24,520 nt of DNA from a virus. Lineage: Duplodnaviria; Caudoviricetes. The notes below the pieces were generated by a model that did not search any database, was not told where the DNA came from, and saw only the letters and a program-made list of their open reading frames with translations. Both the position numbers and the translations under genes were made by a program. The stretch spans positions 1 through 24,520 of IMG/VR virus record IMGVR_UViG_3300017714_003003, one strand, 5' to 3'. Positions 1 to 9,190 of this stretch are shown piece after piece; position 1 is the first letter of the stretch, and each line of letters begins with the position of its first letter.

Positions 1-1
1 A

Positions 2-526
2 AAAAAATCTCTTGGAAGGAATTTGCTATCTGTATGTTTTGATTATGATTATGATGAAAGTTTCAAACAATTTTTTAAATACTATCACATTGACATTGTA
101 GATGATCCAAAAGATGCAGTTCTTGTGACCGACAAATATATTGACTTTGATAGGGCAAAAGAAATAGTTAGATTAAAACCAGAAATAGTTGTCAGTTTTA
201 ATGATGGATGTATTTGGGAAAGTAATATAAATGATGCTCCAATGGCGTTATTGAGAGAGAACAATATAGATTTAATTCCATCTGGTATTACAAAACTTGG
301 AAACACATTGATTGCTGATAACCAAGTTAATGTATTGCGTTCGGTAGAGCAAACTTTTAAACTCATAGAAACCACTGGACAGCGAGTAGAAGCAATATGG
401 AAAATGGCTTTAGAAAAAAGAATAAATTTTAACGATATCGTTTCTGAAATAACCAGAGCAGAAGTAGGACAAAATAGGTTTAAATTAGAAACCCACGATA
501 TTGGTGTTAATACATACAAAGCTTAA
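2..526 (+). CDS. hypothetical protein, 5'-truncated by the window edge
   Basis: Frame of ORF 23..526 has no stop back to position 2; no motif recognised. Confidence 0.6.
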   Translation, partial: KKSLGRNLLSVCFDYDYDESFKQFFKYYHIDIVDDPKDAVLVTDKYIDFDRAKEIVRLKPEIVVSFNDGCIWESNINDAPMALLRENNIDLIPSGITKLGNTLIADNQVNVLRSVEQTFKLIETTGQRVEAIWKMALEKRINFNDIVSEITRAEVGQNRFKLETHDIGVNTYKA

Positions 527-531
527 AATAA

Positions 532-560
532 TTGACTTTTAACTAACTTTCAAGTATAAT
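532..560 (+). promoter_or_regulatory. sigma70-type promoter, probably leaderless, for primase
   Basis: TTGACT 532-537, 17 bp spacer, TATAAT 555-560; ATG at 567 after 6 nt; no SD. Confidence 0.8.
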
Positions 561-566
561 AATTTA

Positions 567-1565
567 ATGAACTTACAATCTACAATATTAGCATTTCTTG
601 GCGGCAAACATAAAAAAACGCCATCAGGCTGGCATACTATTAATTGTCCAATGTGTGTAACACAAGGACACACCGCTGATAAAAGAAGACGTGGTGGATT
701 TAAGTTTAGTGAAGTTTCTAGTTATCATTGTTTTAATTGTGGATACAAGGCATCCTATACTGCTGGAAGATTAATAGGACGTAAAATGCGTGACTTATTA
801 ATCAACATAGGTGTTCCTGAGGCAACAGTAAAAGAATTACAACTGATTGCAATGAAGGAAAAAGAAGATGATGTAACAATTAATAAGCAAACAACTCACA
901 TAGTTGATTTTGAAGAAAAGCAATTACCAAATAATTCGGTATTATTGAGTGAAATTGTAAAAGGGGCCAACCCACCGGTCAATGCTTTATTTGTTTACAA
1001 ATATTTAATGGATAGAGGATTGGATTTTTATGATAAATTTTATTGGAGTACTGATCCTTATATGAAAATCAATGAAAGAGTAATTGTTCCATTTTATGCT
1101 AATGGAAAGTTAGTAGGATACACAGCTAGAATTATAAAAAATTATGAAAATGTACCAAAGTATTATTCAGTGGTACAACCTGGATACATTTATAATTTTG
1201 ATCACTTGTATAATGATAGAAAATATCTTATAATAGCAGAAGGTGTGTTAGATGCACTTGCAATAGATTCCGTAAGTTCTTTAGGAAATAAACTTACACA
1301 AGGACAAATAGAATTAATTAATAGCACTGACAAGACTGTCATTGTGTGTCCGGACAGAGATAAGTCTGGAGGAAATTTAATTGATGTTGCTGTAGAAAAC
1401 AATTGGCTAGTAAGCTTTCCACAATGGGAAGATAATATTAAAGATTGTGCAGAAGCAGTAAACAAATATGGAAGATTGTATACAGTACAATCAGTAATAA
1501 ATGGTGCTATAGGTAATGTAGCAAAAATTAAAGTTTTAAAAACAATAGGAGCCACAAATGGTTAA
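567..1565 (+). CDS. DNA primase (T4 gp61/DnaG-like)
   Basis: Zn ribbon CPMC...HCFNC; VPFY..GKLVGYTAR; PKYY; TOPRIM motifs AEGVLDA and PDRD; KD near C-terminus. Confidence 0.92.
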   Translation: MNLQSTILAFLGGKHKKTPSGWHTINCPMCVTQGHTADKRRRGGFKFSEVSSYHCFNCGYKASYTAGRLIGRKMRDLLINIGVPEATVKELQLIAMKEKEDDVTINKQTTHIVDFEEKQLPNNSVLLSEIVKGANPPVNALFVYKYLMDRGLDFYDKFYWSTDPYMKINERVIVPFYANGKLVGYTARIIKNYENVPKYYSVVQPGYIYNFDHLYNDRKYLIIAEGVLDALAIDSVSSLGNKLTQGQIELINSTDKTVIVCPDRDKSGGNLIDVAVENNWLVSFPQWEDNIKDCAEAVNKYGRLYTVQSVINGAIGNVAKIKVLKTIGATNG

Positions 1566-2160
1566 AGAAAGTAATAAAGATAAGAACTCACAACCAAAAA
1601 CACAACAACAACCAATGCAACCAGGTATGATGATGTGGGATGCTGGTATAATGTATTTCAGCGATGGTTTCGATAGTCAAACAACAAAGCCTGTAATTCA
1701 AGCAATTATAGAAAAGAATTTAATGCCAAACACACAAAGACCAAAAGAATTAACATTGGTTATTAACTCACCTGGTGGACAAGTGCATTCTGCATTTGCA
1801 TTGATCGACACAATGAAAGGATCAGCCATACCTGTAAAGACAGTAGGAATTGGTATGATTGCAAGTTGTGGCTTATTAACGTTTATGAGTGGAACAAAAG
1901 GCAGAAGAGTTATCACACCAAATACAAGTATCCTATCACACCAATACAGTTGGGGATCAGGTGGTAAGGAACACGAACTATTTGCAAGGGTTAGAGAATT
2001 TGAATTGAGTACAGCAAGAATGTTAGAACATTATAAGAAGTGTACTGGTTTGAGTGAAAAGAAAGTTAGAGATATTTTACTACCACCTGAAGACAGATGG
2101 TTGAGTGCCAAAGAGGCAGTAAAATATGGAATTGCAGATAAGATTGTATCAACTTATTAG
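1558..2160 (+). CDS. clpP: ClpP-family serine peptidase
   Basis: INSPGG, catalytic Ser in IASCG, His in SHQY, Asp in EDRWLSAKEAVKYGIAD; SD AGGAG 1547-1551; overlaps primase stop. Confidence 0.92.
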   Translation: MVKESNKDKNSQPKTQQQPMQPGMMMWDAGIMYFSDGFDSQTTKPVIQAIIEKNLMPNTQRPKELTLVINSPGGQVHSAFALIDTMKGSAIPVKTVGIGMIASCGLLTFMSGTKGRRVITPNTSILSHQYSWGSGGKEHELFARVREFELSTARMLEHYKKCTGLSEKKVRDILLPPEDRWLSAKEAVKYGIADKIVSTY

Positions 2161-2172
2161 GAGTAAAAATAT

Positions 2173-2616
2173 ATGAGTGACAGATTGAATATTTTATGGG
2201 CGTCTATGTGGGGTAATGCCGAAATGGTAGCTAACCAATTAAATGACATAGCAAAAGAAAAAGGTATTGAAGCAGACCTAAAAGAATTAGATGATGTTTC
2301 ATTAAGTGAACTACAAGAGTTAACAAGAGTTGCTATTGTTACGTCAACCACTGGAGAAGGTGATATGCCTGATAACGGACAAGGCTTTTGGGAAGATATT
2401 CGTGATGCCAAAGGAGTTGCATTAAACAAATTAAAATATGGTGTACTTGCATTGGGTGATAGAGCCCACGATAATTTTTGTAATGCAGGTAAAAAAGTAG
2501 ATAATCAACTAGATAAACTTGGAGCCCAAAGAGTTATTGAAAGACAAGAGTGTGACGGAAACACGGATGGATCAATTGAATGGTCAAACAAATTTTTAGA
2601 AATACTTGCAAAATGA
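2173..2616 (+). CDS. short-chain flavodoxin (MioC/CysJ-flavodoxin-domain-like)
   Basis: ILWASMWGNAE, STTGEGDMPDN, YGVLALGD...FCNAGK; SD AGGAG upstream. Confidence 0.88.
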   Translation: MSDRLNILWASMWGNAEMVANQLNDIAKEKGIEADLKELDDVSLSELQELTRVAIVTSTTGEGDMPDNGQGFWEDIRDAKGVALNKLKYGVLALGDRAHDNFCNAGKKVDNQLDKLGAQRVIERQECDGNTDGSIEWSNKFLEILAK

Positions 2617-2634
2617 AACGGATGAGGTTATAAT
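2606..2634 (+). promoter_or_regulatory. sigma70-type promoter, probably leaderless, for helicase
   Basis: TTGCAA 2606-2611, 17 bp, TATAAT 2629-2634; ATG at 2641 after 6 nt. Confidence 0.7.
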
Positions 2635-2640
2635 AAATTA

Positions 2641-4050
2641 ATGTCAGCACCAACAGTATATACAGAAGATCTACAGAAACTATTTTTAGAGTTTATGATA
2701 ACTGATCCTGAGTTATTTGTTAGGGCTAGAAATATCGTTAGTCCGCAATTTTTTAGTAAGAAATATTTTGACACAGTCACAATGTTTATGGAGCATTCTG
2801 AAAAATATCAAACACTACCAACAATACAACAAGTCCACGCCAAATGTGAAATAGAACTAACAATAGTTCCAAACATTGACGAAACACAAAAGCAATGGTT
2901 CTTAGATGAGTTCGAAACGTTTTGTAGACACAAGGCATTAGAACGAGCAATAATTGATTCAGCTGATATGTTGGAACAGGGTGAGTATGGACCTGTTGAA
3001 GAAAAAATTAAAGCGGCAGTGAGAATTGGACTAACAAAAGATTTAGGTACAGATTATTTTGAAGATCCTAAAGCAAGGCTACTAGCACTTAAAGATAATA
3101 ATGGTACAGTGAAAACAGGTTGGTCAGCATTGGATAAAAAACTGTATGGTGGCTTTAACAAAGGTGAACTTTCTATATTTGCAGGCTCATCAGGAGCAGG
3201 TAAAAGTTTATTCTTACAAAATTTGGCATTGAACTGGATTAGTCAAGGATTAAATGTCTTATATTTCACATTTGAATTAAGTGAAGAATTAAGTGCAATG
3301 AGACTTGATGCAATGATTACAGGAACGCCAACAAATGAAATATTTAAAAATATCGATGACGTGGATCTAAAAGTTAGATTGGAAAAAACTAAATCAGGTA
3401 AGTTCCAAGTTAAGTATATGGGATCAGGATCTACAACAAATGACTTAAGAAGTTATGTTAAAGAATATTCTATTCAAAAAGGTGAGCAACCTGACGTAGT
3501 ATTAGTAGACTATTTAGATTTAATGATGCCCACAAACAAAAAAATATCTCCATCAGAGATGTTTGTTAAAGATAAATTTGTATCAGAAGAACTAAGAAAC
3601 TTTGCTGTAGAACAGCAGATAGTATTAGTAACAGCATCTCAGTTAAACAGAGGTGCAATTGAAGAAGTAGAATATGATCAAAGTCATATTGCAGGCGGTA
3701 TTAGTAAAATTAATACAGCAGATAACTTAATAGGTATTTTTACAAGCAGAGCTATGCGTGAACGTGGAAGATATCAAATACAATTAATTAAAACAAGATC
3801 AAGTGGTGGAGTGGGTAGTAAAATTGATTTAGCATTTGATATTGACAGATTAAGAATTACAGACCTTAATGAAGATGATGTTGAAATAATGCCAACTTCA
3901 TCAGATGCATTGGTACAATCAATTAAGAAAAGATCATCCACAGTAACTGATAAATCAGAAGCGTCGGTGGTAGCAGAAAAGACGGAAATTACTAAAGGTT
4001 TACGTGATTTATTGAAGTCACAGCGTCAAACGTTTGATAATAGCCAATAA
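2641..4050 (+). CDS. replicative SF4 DNA helicase (T4 gp41/DnaB-like)
   Basis: Walker A AGSSGAGKS, FTFELSE, Walker B VLVDYLDLM, TASQLNR, KTR. Confidence 0.93.
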   Translation: MSAPTVYTEDLQKLFLEFMITDPELFVRARNIVSPQFFSKKYFDTVTMFMEHSEKYQTLPTIQQVHAKCEIELTIVPNIDETQKQWFLDEFETFCRHKALERAIIDSADMLEQGEYGPVEEKIKAAVRIGLTKDLGTDYFEDPKARLLALKDNNGTVKTGWSALDKKLYGGFNKGELSIFAGSSGAGKSLFLQNLALNWISQGLNVLYFTFELSEELSAMRLDAMITGTPTNEIFKNIDDVDLKVRLEKTKSGKFQVKYMGSGSTTNDLRSYVKEYSIQKGEQPDVVLVDYLDLMMPTNKKISPSEMFVKDKFVSEELRNFAVEQQIVLVTASQLNRGAIEEVEYDQSHIAGGISKINTADNLIGIFTSRAMRERGRYQIQLIKTRSSGGVGSKIDLAFDIDRLRITDLNEDDVEIMPTSSDALVQSIKKRSSTVTDKSEASVVAEKTEITKGLRDLLKSQRQTFDNSQ

Positions 4051-4076
4051 ATGCTGTTAATTTTTTGTAAAAATGT

Positions 4077-4084
4077 TATAAATA
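4077..4084 (+). promoter_or_regulatory. T4-type late promoter
   Basis: Exact TATAAATA in the intergenic gap ahead of the putative virion-protein block. Confidence 0.7.
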
Positions 4085-4109
4085 TTTCATAAGGCGGTAA
4101 TTTAGAGAT

Positions 4110-4370
4110 ATGAAGAAACAAACACGTAGCATATTGCAGGAGATTAGTAGAGTAGTTCCTAGCACTGATATGAATAATTTAGTTGAGACTCGTGCTGGAC
4201 ACGTTATATCATCAGCGATCAATGTAACTAAAATGATATATGAATCATATGATGAAGCAGTTGCTGAAGACTTAATCAAAAGATTTGTGAATAGCATTAA
4301 GACAGCAGATCCAAAGAAATTTGAGCGTGGTATAAAAAAGCTAAATGAGTCTAACGATAATGAAAGCTAA
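4110..4370 (+). CDS. hypothetical late protein (86 aa)
   Basis: ORF directly after late promoter, packed against next gene. Confidence 0.75.
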   Translation: MKKQTRSILQEISRVVPSTDMNNLVETRAGHVISSAINVTKMIYESYDEAVAEDLIKRFVNSIKTADPKKFERGIKKLNESNDNES

Positions 4371-6246
4371 TGATCTATTACAAGAAAATCCAAATCTTCA
4401 TCTTACACACCTTGAAGATCTAGCCCTATTTCAGGGTAAAGCAGGTGCCATTCGAGCAGTTGCATTTTTAAGAAATTTAGCCAACCTTGCAAAAACATCG
4501 AGCACAAAAAAGTTTAATGTGACTTTAAAATGGGACGGATCGCCGGCAGTGGTTTGTGGCACAGATCCAGCAGATGGTAAATTTTTCGTAGCTACAAAAA
4601 GTGCATTTAACAAAGATGCAAAACTTAACAAAAGTTTAGATGACATAGCAGGCAATCATCCTGATGCTGGAGAAACTAGCAAACAAGGATTACGAGATAA
4701 ATTATCACAAGCATTTACCAGTTTACAAAAATTAGGTATAAAAAATGTATTACAGGGTGATTTACTTTGGACCAAAGGAGATTTAAAATCAATACAATAT
4801 CAAGGAGAACCTTATGTTGCATTCAAACCAAATACATTAACTTATGCTGTTCCACAAAATATGCAATTAGCGAAAGAAATACAACAAGCAAATTTAGGTA
4901 TTGTGTTCCATACTAGCTACTCTGGAAAAAGTTTAGACAGTATGACAGCAAGTTTTGATATTGATTTAACAAGTTTAAACAAGACACCAGAAGTTTGGTA
5001 TGATGACGCATACATAAAAGACTTTACTGGCGTTGTAAATTTAACACAAGGTGAATTTGCCAATGTGTCACAAGCCATCAATGATGCTGAAAAATATATC
5101 AATGCTTCAGGTAACATTTTTGAGTTTTTAGAAGCAAATGAATTAGGAAAAGATTTCAAGCAAAATGTTCACGCCAATCATAACAATATGATCAGGGCAG
5201 GAGCAATTACACAGGATCCATTAGCATTTTTTTATAACTTTGCAAAAGATTATGAAGCAAGAGTTGAAAAAGCTATTGCTAATTTAAAAACAGGTAGAGA
5301 AGGACCAGCAGGACAAAGAAGATTATTAGCACTAGAGCAATGGAGAAATTACTATATGGCTAATAAAAAAAATATTCAAAATTGGTATAGTGCCTGGTTA
5401 AAATTAACAGCAATCAAAAATACGTTATATCAGAAGTTAAAAAATATTAAACAGATTGACGCTTTTGAACTGCAAGGCGATGAGTACGTAGTTAGCGATC
5501 AAGAAGGTTTCGTAGCAGTCGATCACGTAGGTAATGCTGTTAAAGTTGTTGACAGATTAGACTTTAGTAAAAAGAATTTTGCTAAAGAAAGTTTAACATT
5601 GGTTAATGATTTGAGTGAAAGCAGAGCCTATAGGTCAAGACAAGATTTAGGAAAAGGATCAGCATCAGAAAATGGTGAATTGGTTTACGCATACTGTTTA
5701 GCCTTATTAGTTTTAACTGGGGAATACAAATATCAAAAAATAGCTAGGAATTATATTATTAGAAGTATGAGTTATGGAAACTATGATTTCTTCAGATCCA
5801 ACGGAACAGATTTATATTTGTTATTACACAGCATAGTTGGATCAGGATCAATTGTACAATATGATGATGAAACTAGCAAAAAATATATTGATAGGTTGCA
5901 AAGACATTATTCAGATATTAATCAGCTATTGAAATATATCTCGAATGATAAATTTTCAAAAAATCAAACGTCATCATTATTATTAAGATTAGAAACTCAG
6001 TTAGCAGTCAAGTCACGTGATTTAAAAAAGATAAGAAGAATTGCATCTGATTGGGATCGTCTAAAAGAAAAAGAAAGATACAATATTACAATTGATATTA
6101 TGCAGTATATAAGAGACCATTCTCCTAGGAGTGAGCTCTACGGAATATTACAAAGTATGGTCAAAGAAAGAAACTTAAAAGATAGGCATAATGTAAAGCA
6201 AAAGTCTTTGCCAAAGAGTGTGGCTGTTGGGGCAGTTAAAAGATAA
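4360..6246 (+). CDS. ligase/nucleotidyltransferase-fold protein (DUF6267-like, from memory) fused to a helical C-terminal domain; probable virion protein
   Basis: KWDGS, QGDLL, EGFV and VKVV motifs in ligase order; start at ATG 4360 (MKANDLLQE) preferred over 4345. Confidence 0.65.
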   Translation: MKANDLLQENPNLHLTHLEDLALFQGKAGAIRAVAFLRNLANLAKTSSTKKFNVTLKWDGSPAVVCGTDPADGKFFVATKSAFNKDAKLNKSLDDIAGNHPDAGETSKQGLRDKLSQAFTSLQKLGIKNVLQGDLLWTKGDLKSIQYQGEPYVAFKPNTLTYAVPQNMQLAKEIQQANLGIVFHTSYSGKSLDSMTASFDIDLTSLNKTPEVWYDDAYIKDFTGVVNLTQGEFANVSQAINDAEKYINASGNIFEFLEANELGKDFKQNVHANHNNMIRAGAITQDPLAFFYNFAKDYEARVEKAIANLKTGREGPAGQRRLLALEQWRNYYMANKKNIQNWYSAWLKLTAIKNTLYQKLKNIKQIDAFELQGDEYVVSDQEGFVAVDHVGNAVKVVDRLDFSKKNFAKESLTLVNDLSESRAYRSRQDLGKGSASENGELVYAYCLALLVLTGEYKYQKIARNYIIRSMSYGNYDFFRSNGTDLYLLLHSIVGSGSIVQYDDETSKKYIDRLQRHYSDINQLLKYISNDKFSKNQTSSLLLRLETQLAVKSRDLKKIRRIASDWDRLKEKERYNITIDIMQYIRDHSPRSELYGILQSMVKERNLKDRHNVKQKSLPKSVAVGAVKR

Positions 6247-6620
6247 TGTATTCTTTAAATTCAAATAAAAATTCATATATGCAAGTAAGCGAAAACCTTG
6301 AAGTATACAGATTAATCACAACATTACCGATTGATTATCAAAATGAAGACTTGGATCTTGATAAACAAAAAGACTTTGATCACCTGCATCAGTTGATTAC
6401 TATGTATGGTAAAGTGTTATTCTTTTCAAAACCACGTAAAGCAATACACAAAGGTAAACAAGTTTATGAGGTTACATTTGGTGTTGATCAGCCAGATTTA
6501 TTTGAGTTAGGATCAAATCCAGTGGGAGTGCTTGAAAATCGTCTAAATAATATTGTTTTGTTTAGTGATACTATATGCACTCAAGGAGTAAATACAAACA
6601 TATGGATTACTAAATTCTAA
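6246..6620 (+). CDS. hypothetical protein
   Basis: 124 aa ORF coupled to previous gene by TAATG. Confidence 0.7.
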   Translation: MYSLNSNKNSYMQVSENLEVYRLITTLPIDYQNEDLDLDKQKDFDHLHQLITMYGKVLFFSKPRKAIHKGKQVYEVTFGVDQPDLFELGSNPVGVLENRLNNIVLFSDTICTQGVNTNIWITKF

Positions 6621-6635
6621 GGAGCAAAGAGAATA

Positions 6636-6896
6636 ATGGATAAGATACCGTCAAATAACCCAGCACCAAAAACACAAGATAGTGTTGAATTTGGTAGTTT
6701 GGAAGTCCACGTGGCATTAAGCCGTGAAAGACACGAAGAAATTAACTCAAGATTTGACAGGGTAGAAGCCCATATGGTCAAAATAGAAGAAGAAGTTGAT
6801 AAAGGTTTTGAAAAGATGCAAAAAATTATACTATGGTCAGCAGGTACAATGTTTTTTACATTAATTTCGATGCTAATAACTTCAATTCTAAAGTAA
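6636..6896 (+). CDS. small coiled-coil protein with one C-terminal transmembrane helix
   Basis: SD AAGGAG; heptad-like EEINSRFDRVEAHMVKIEEEV; hydrophobic IILWSAGTMFFTLISMLITSIL. Confidence 0.75.
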   Translation: MDKIPSNNPAPKTQDSVEFGSLEVHVALSRERHEEINSRFDRVEAHMVKIEEEVDKGFEKMQKIILWSAGTMFFTLISMLITSILK

Positions 6897-6905
6897 GGAA
6901 TTACA

Positions 6906-7238
6906 ATGCTAGTAAAAGACATAGTAGGCGAAGGCACACCACAAATATACGGAAAGTATAAGAATACTCTCAAGAGAAGATATAGATGCCAATCGGGTCC
7001 AAGAAAAGGAAGAATAGTAGCCGACCCAGCCACTTGTACAGCACCAATCAATATTCAAAAGAAACAAACGATGAAGGCCACTAGAGCCAAACGTGGTACA
7101 ATACAAGGTAAACTATCATCATATACTAAAAAATACAATCCAACTTCTAAGATTGCGAAAAAATTAAACAAGCAAGTTAAGAAAAGAAGATCCCCAAAAT
7201 TAAAAGCTTTGAAGCCTATTAAGTTAGGAAAAAGATAA
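6906..7238 (+). CDS. highly basic protein, paralog A
   Basis: K/R-rich; YRCxxGxxKGRIVxxPxxCxAP and TKKYNP shared with next ORF; SD TAAGGA. Confidence 0.8.
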   Translation: MLVKDIVGEGTPQIYGKYKNTLKRRYRCQSGPRKGRIVADPATCTAPINIQKKQTMKATRAKRGTIQGKLSSYTKKYNPTSKIAKKLNKQVKKRRSPKLKALKPIKLGKR

Positions 7239-7239
7239 A

Positions 7240-7533
7240 ATGTTTATTAGCGATATTATAACAGATGGTATACACGAAGCCAAAATGATATTTGGCCGTA
7301 CCGGTAAAAACGTTGTAAAGAAATATCGTTGCACATTTGGTAGAAAAAAAGGCAGAATTGTTAGCAATCCTAGTGTTTGCTCTGCACCATTGGATATCAA
7401 GAAACGTTTTACTATGAAGAAAATGAAAGCGAGAATGGGTGCTAGGTTACAAAGAAAAATCAAGTTTACTAAAAAGTATAATCCTGCTTCACGTAGGGTT
7501 AGGGCATTAAACAAGTCACTGAGACGAAAATAA
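7240..7533 (+). CDS. highly basic protein, paralog B
   Basis: Collinear with 6906..7238. Confidence 0.8.
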   Translation: MFISDIITDGIHEAKMIFGRTGKNVVKKYRCTFGRKKGRIVSNPSVCSAPLDIKKRFTMKKMKARMGARLQRKIKFTKKYNPASRRVRALNKSLRRK

Positions 7534-7536
7534 TAC

Positions 7537-7565
7537 TTGATCTTTGATAATAAATTTAGTATAGT
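7537..7565 (+). promoter_or_regulatory. sigma70-type promoter, probably leaderless
   Basis: TTGATC 7537-7542, 17 bp, TATAGT 7560-7565; ATG at 7572 after 6 nt; no SD. Confidence 0.6.
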
Positions 7566-7571
7566 ATTAAT

Positions 7572-8327
7572 ATGTTCGATAGAGATAGAAATAGACAATT
7601 GCCAGATAGAAGCGGTCCAGCATACAACAGGAACAGAGAATTCTGCGTAGGAGGATTTCCTGACTATCCTTCATTAAACTCAGCTATAGAACATTTTAGA
7701 TTTATCAGAATCTTATCTAAATGGGGACCACCAGGCACAGTCAGGACAGAATTTTTAGACCATATGGAATTGCAATTAAAGAAATTCAAAGGTCAAAAAG
7801 ACGCACACAAAAACAAAGTTGCACACGTCAGAGAGATGTTAGATAAATTTGATCATATAACAGATAAAGTTGTCAAGCAAGTTGTAACAAAAAACAGAAA
7901 TAATCCAACATTTACTGTGGCAGTATCTACAAAAAAACGAGATGATGGAGTGGAAGTAGGAAACTACATTATACAAGTTGTTAAAAACAAGTACAAGAGT
8001 TATGACATTATCAATAAGTTGAATCAGAACAGGCTGTTTAATGAAATTAGACTGTATGAAACAGCATATCTCGTAGTAAAATCTTTAATTAATGGAGCTC
8101 GTGTAGACTCTAAAGAAATTGAAACTTTGTTAGACGAAAACGAAGAATACAACGAAATAGCTAAAAATATATGGCTCGAATCACGAAAATTACGTGATAA
8201 ATCATTGTCAGAAACAGATAAAGATATTGCTAAACAAACTATCGACAGGCTGGAAGACGAGCTGTTCGATATAAAAACCCATATAACAAGCAATTACAAT
8301 AGCGAAATTAATCACGGAGATGTATAA
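7572..8327 (+). CDS. hypothetical protein (251 aa)
   Basis: Long ORF with own promoter; C-terminal coiled-coil character. Confidence 0.75.
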   Translation: MFDRDRNRQLPDRSGPAYNRNREFCVGGFPDYPSLNSAIEHFRFIRILSKWGPPGTVRTEFLDHMELQLKKFKGQKDAHKNKVAHVREMLDKFDHITDKVVKQVVTKNRNNPTFTVAVSTKKRDDGVEVGNYIIQVVKNKYKSYDIINKLNQNRLFNEIRLYETAYLVVKSLINGARVDSKEIETLLDENEEYNEIAKNIWLESRKLRDKSLSETDKDIAKQTIDRLEDELFDIKTHITSNYNSEINHGDV

Positions 8328-8330
8328 ATA
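8323..8330 (+). promoter_or_regulatory. T4-type late promoter
   Basis: Exact TATAAATA, 8 nt before ATG 8339. Confidence 0.65.
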
Positions 8331-8338
8331 ACATTACT

Positions 8339-9190
8339 ATGAAACTAAACGATCTAAAATCCACATATGAAACCAAGATAGCGAGAGTAAATCGTTGGCT
8401 TGAAGAAACATATGGCTTTAAAGTATTTGACAAAGTCGAAGTTGAGAAGTTATATGCAACTAAAGAGCAGTTAGACTTACAACGTGAAGAGCTTAAAAGA
8501 AGCTTACCTTTCAATTCATATCACGAAAATCCTGAATACGCAAAAAACATTCTTTTATCTGAAGCTATTGTTTTAATGATAGGCCAGATAGCTGATATGC
8601 CAGCTTCACCTGAAGACGATAATGAAGATGGCGAAGACAGCCCACTAACAACTGACAACAACAGTGATGAAGTTAGAGAAGAATTAACAGCGGCACAGAA
8701 AAAACTACCAGCTGGCTTACAGAAAGCTATTGCTAAAAAACAAGGTGGTGAATCAGAAGAAGTAAAAGAAAGCGAAGATTTAGAACAAGCTGAAACAGTT
8801 TTAGCTTCTAAAAATTTAGTTGACACTTTACAAGGTATGATTGAAGATTTAGGAAAAATGCAAAACGAAGATTTAGCGGCGATCACAGATCAAATGCAAA
8901 ATCAGTTTGGTGTAGATTCAGCTAGTTCATTTAATACAAACGTAAACGGAATTATTGATAATTTATTGAATGCGGCTAAAGAAGCCAAAGAGAGTGTCAA
9001 CAATGAAGTACTTACACTTCAAGGTGAAACACCAGCTTCAACAATGGCAGATGATCCAGCAATGGATATGCCAGCAGATGACGAAGGCGACTCATTAGAA
9101 ATTGAAGAGCCGGTTGACGCAGAAACAGATGGTGATGATTCAGCATCTGGTCCATTGGACGAGCCTCTTGGTAGAGCCAAGAAGGCGTAA
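8339..9190 (+). CDS. acidic late protein, possible prohead core/scaffold component
   Basis: D/E-rich linkers, helical blocks, VREE/VKES sites resembling prohead-protease cut sites. Confidence 0.55.
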   Translation: MKLNDLKSTYETKIARVNRWLEETYGFKVFDKVEVEKLYATKEQLDLQREELKRSLPFNSYHENPEYAKNILLSEAIVLMIGQIADMPASPEDDNEDGEDSPLTTDNNSDEVREELTAAQKKLPAGLQKAIAKKQGGESEEVKESEDLEQAETVLASKNLVDTLQGMIEDLGKMQNEDLAAITDQMQNQFGVDSASSFNTNVNGIIDNLLNAAKEAKESVNNEVLTLQGETPASTMADDPAMDMPADDEGDSLEIEEPVDAETDGDDSASGPLDEPLGRAKKA

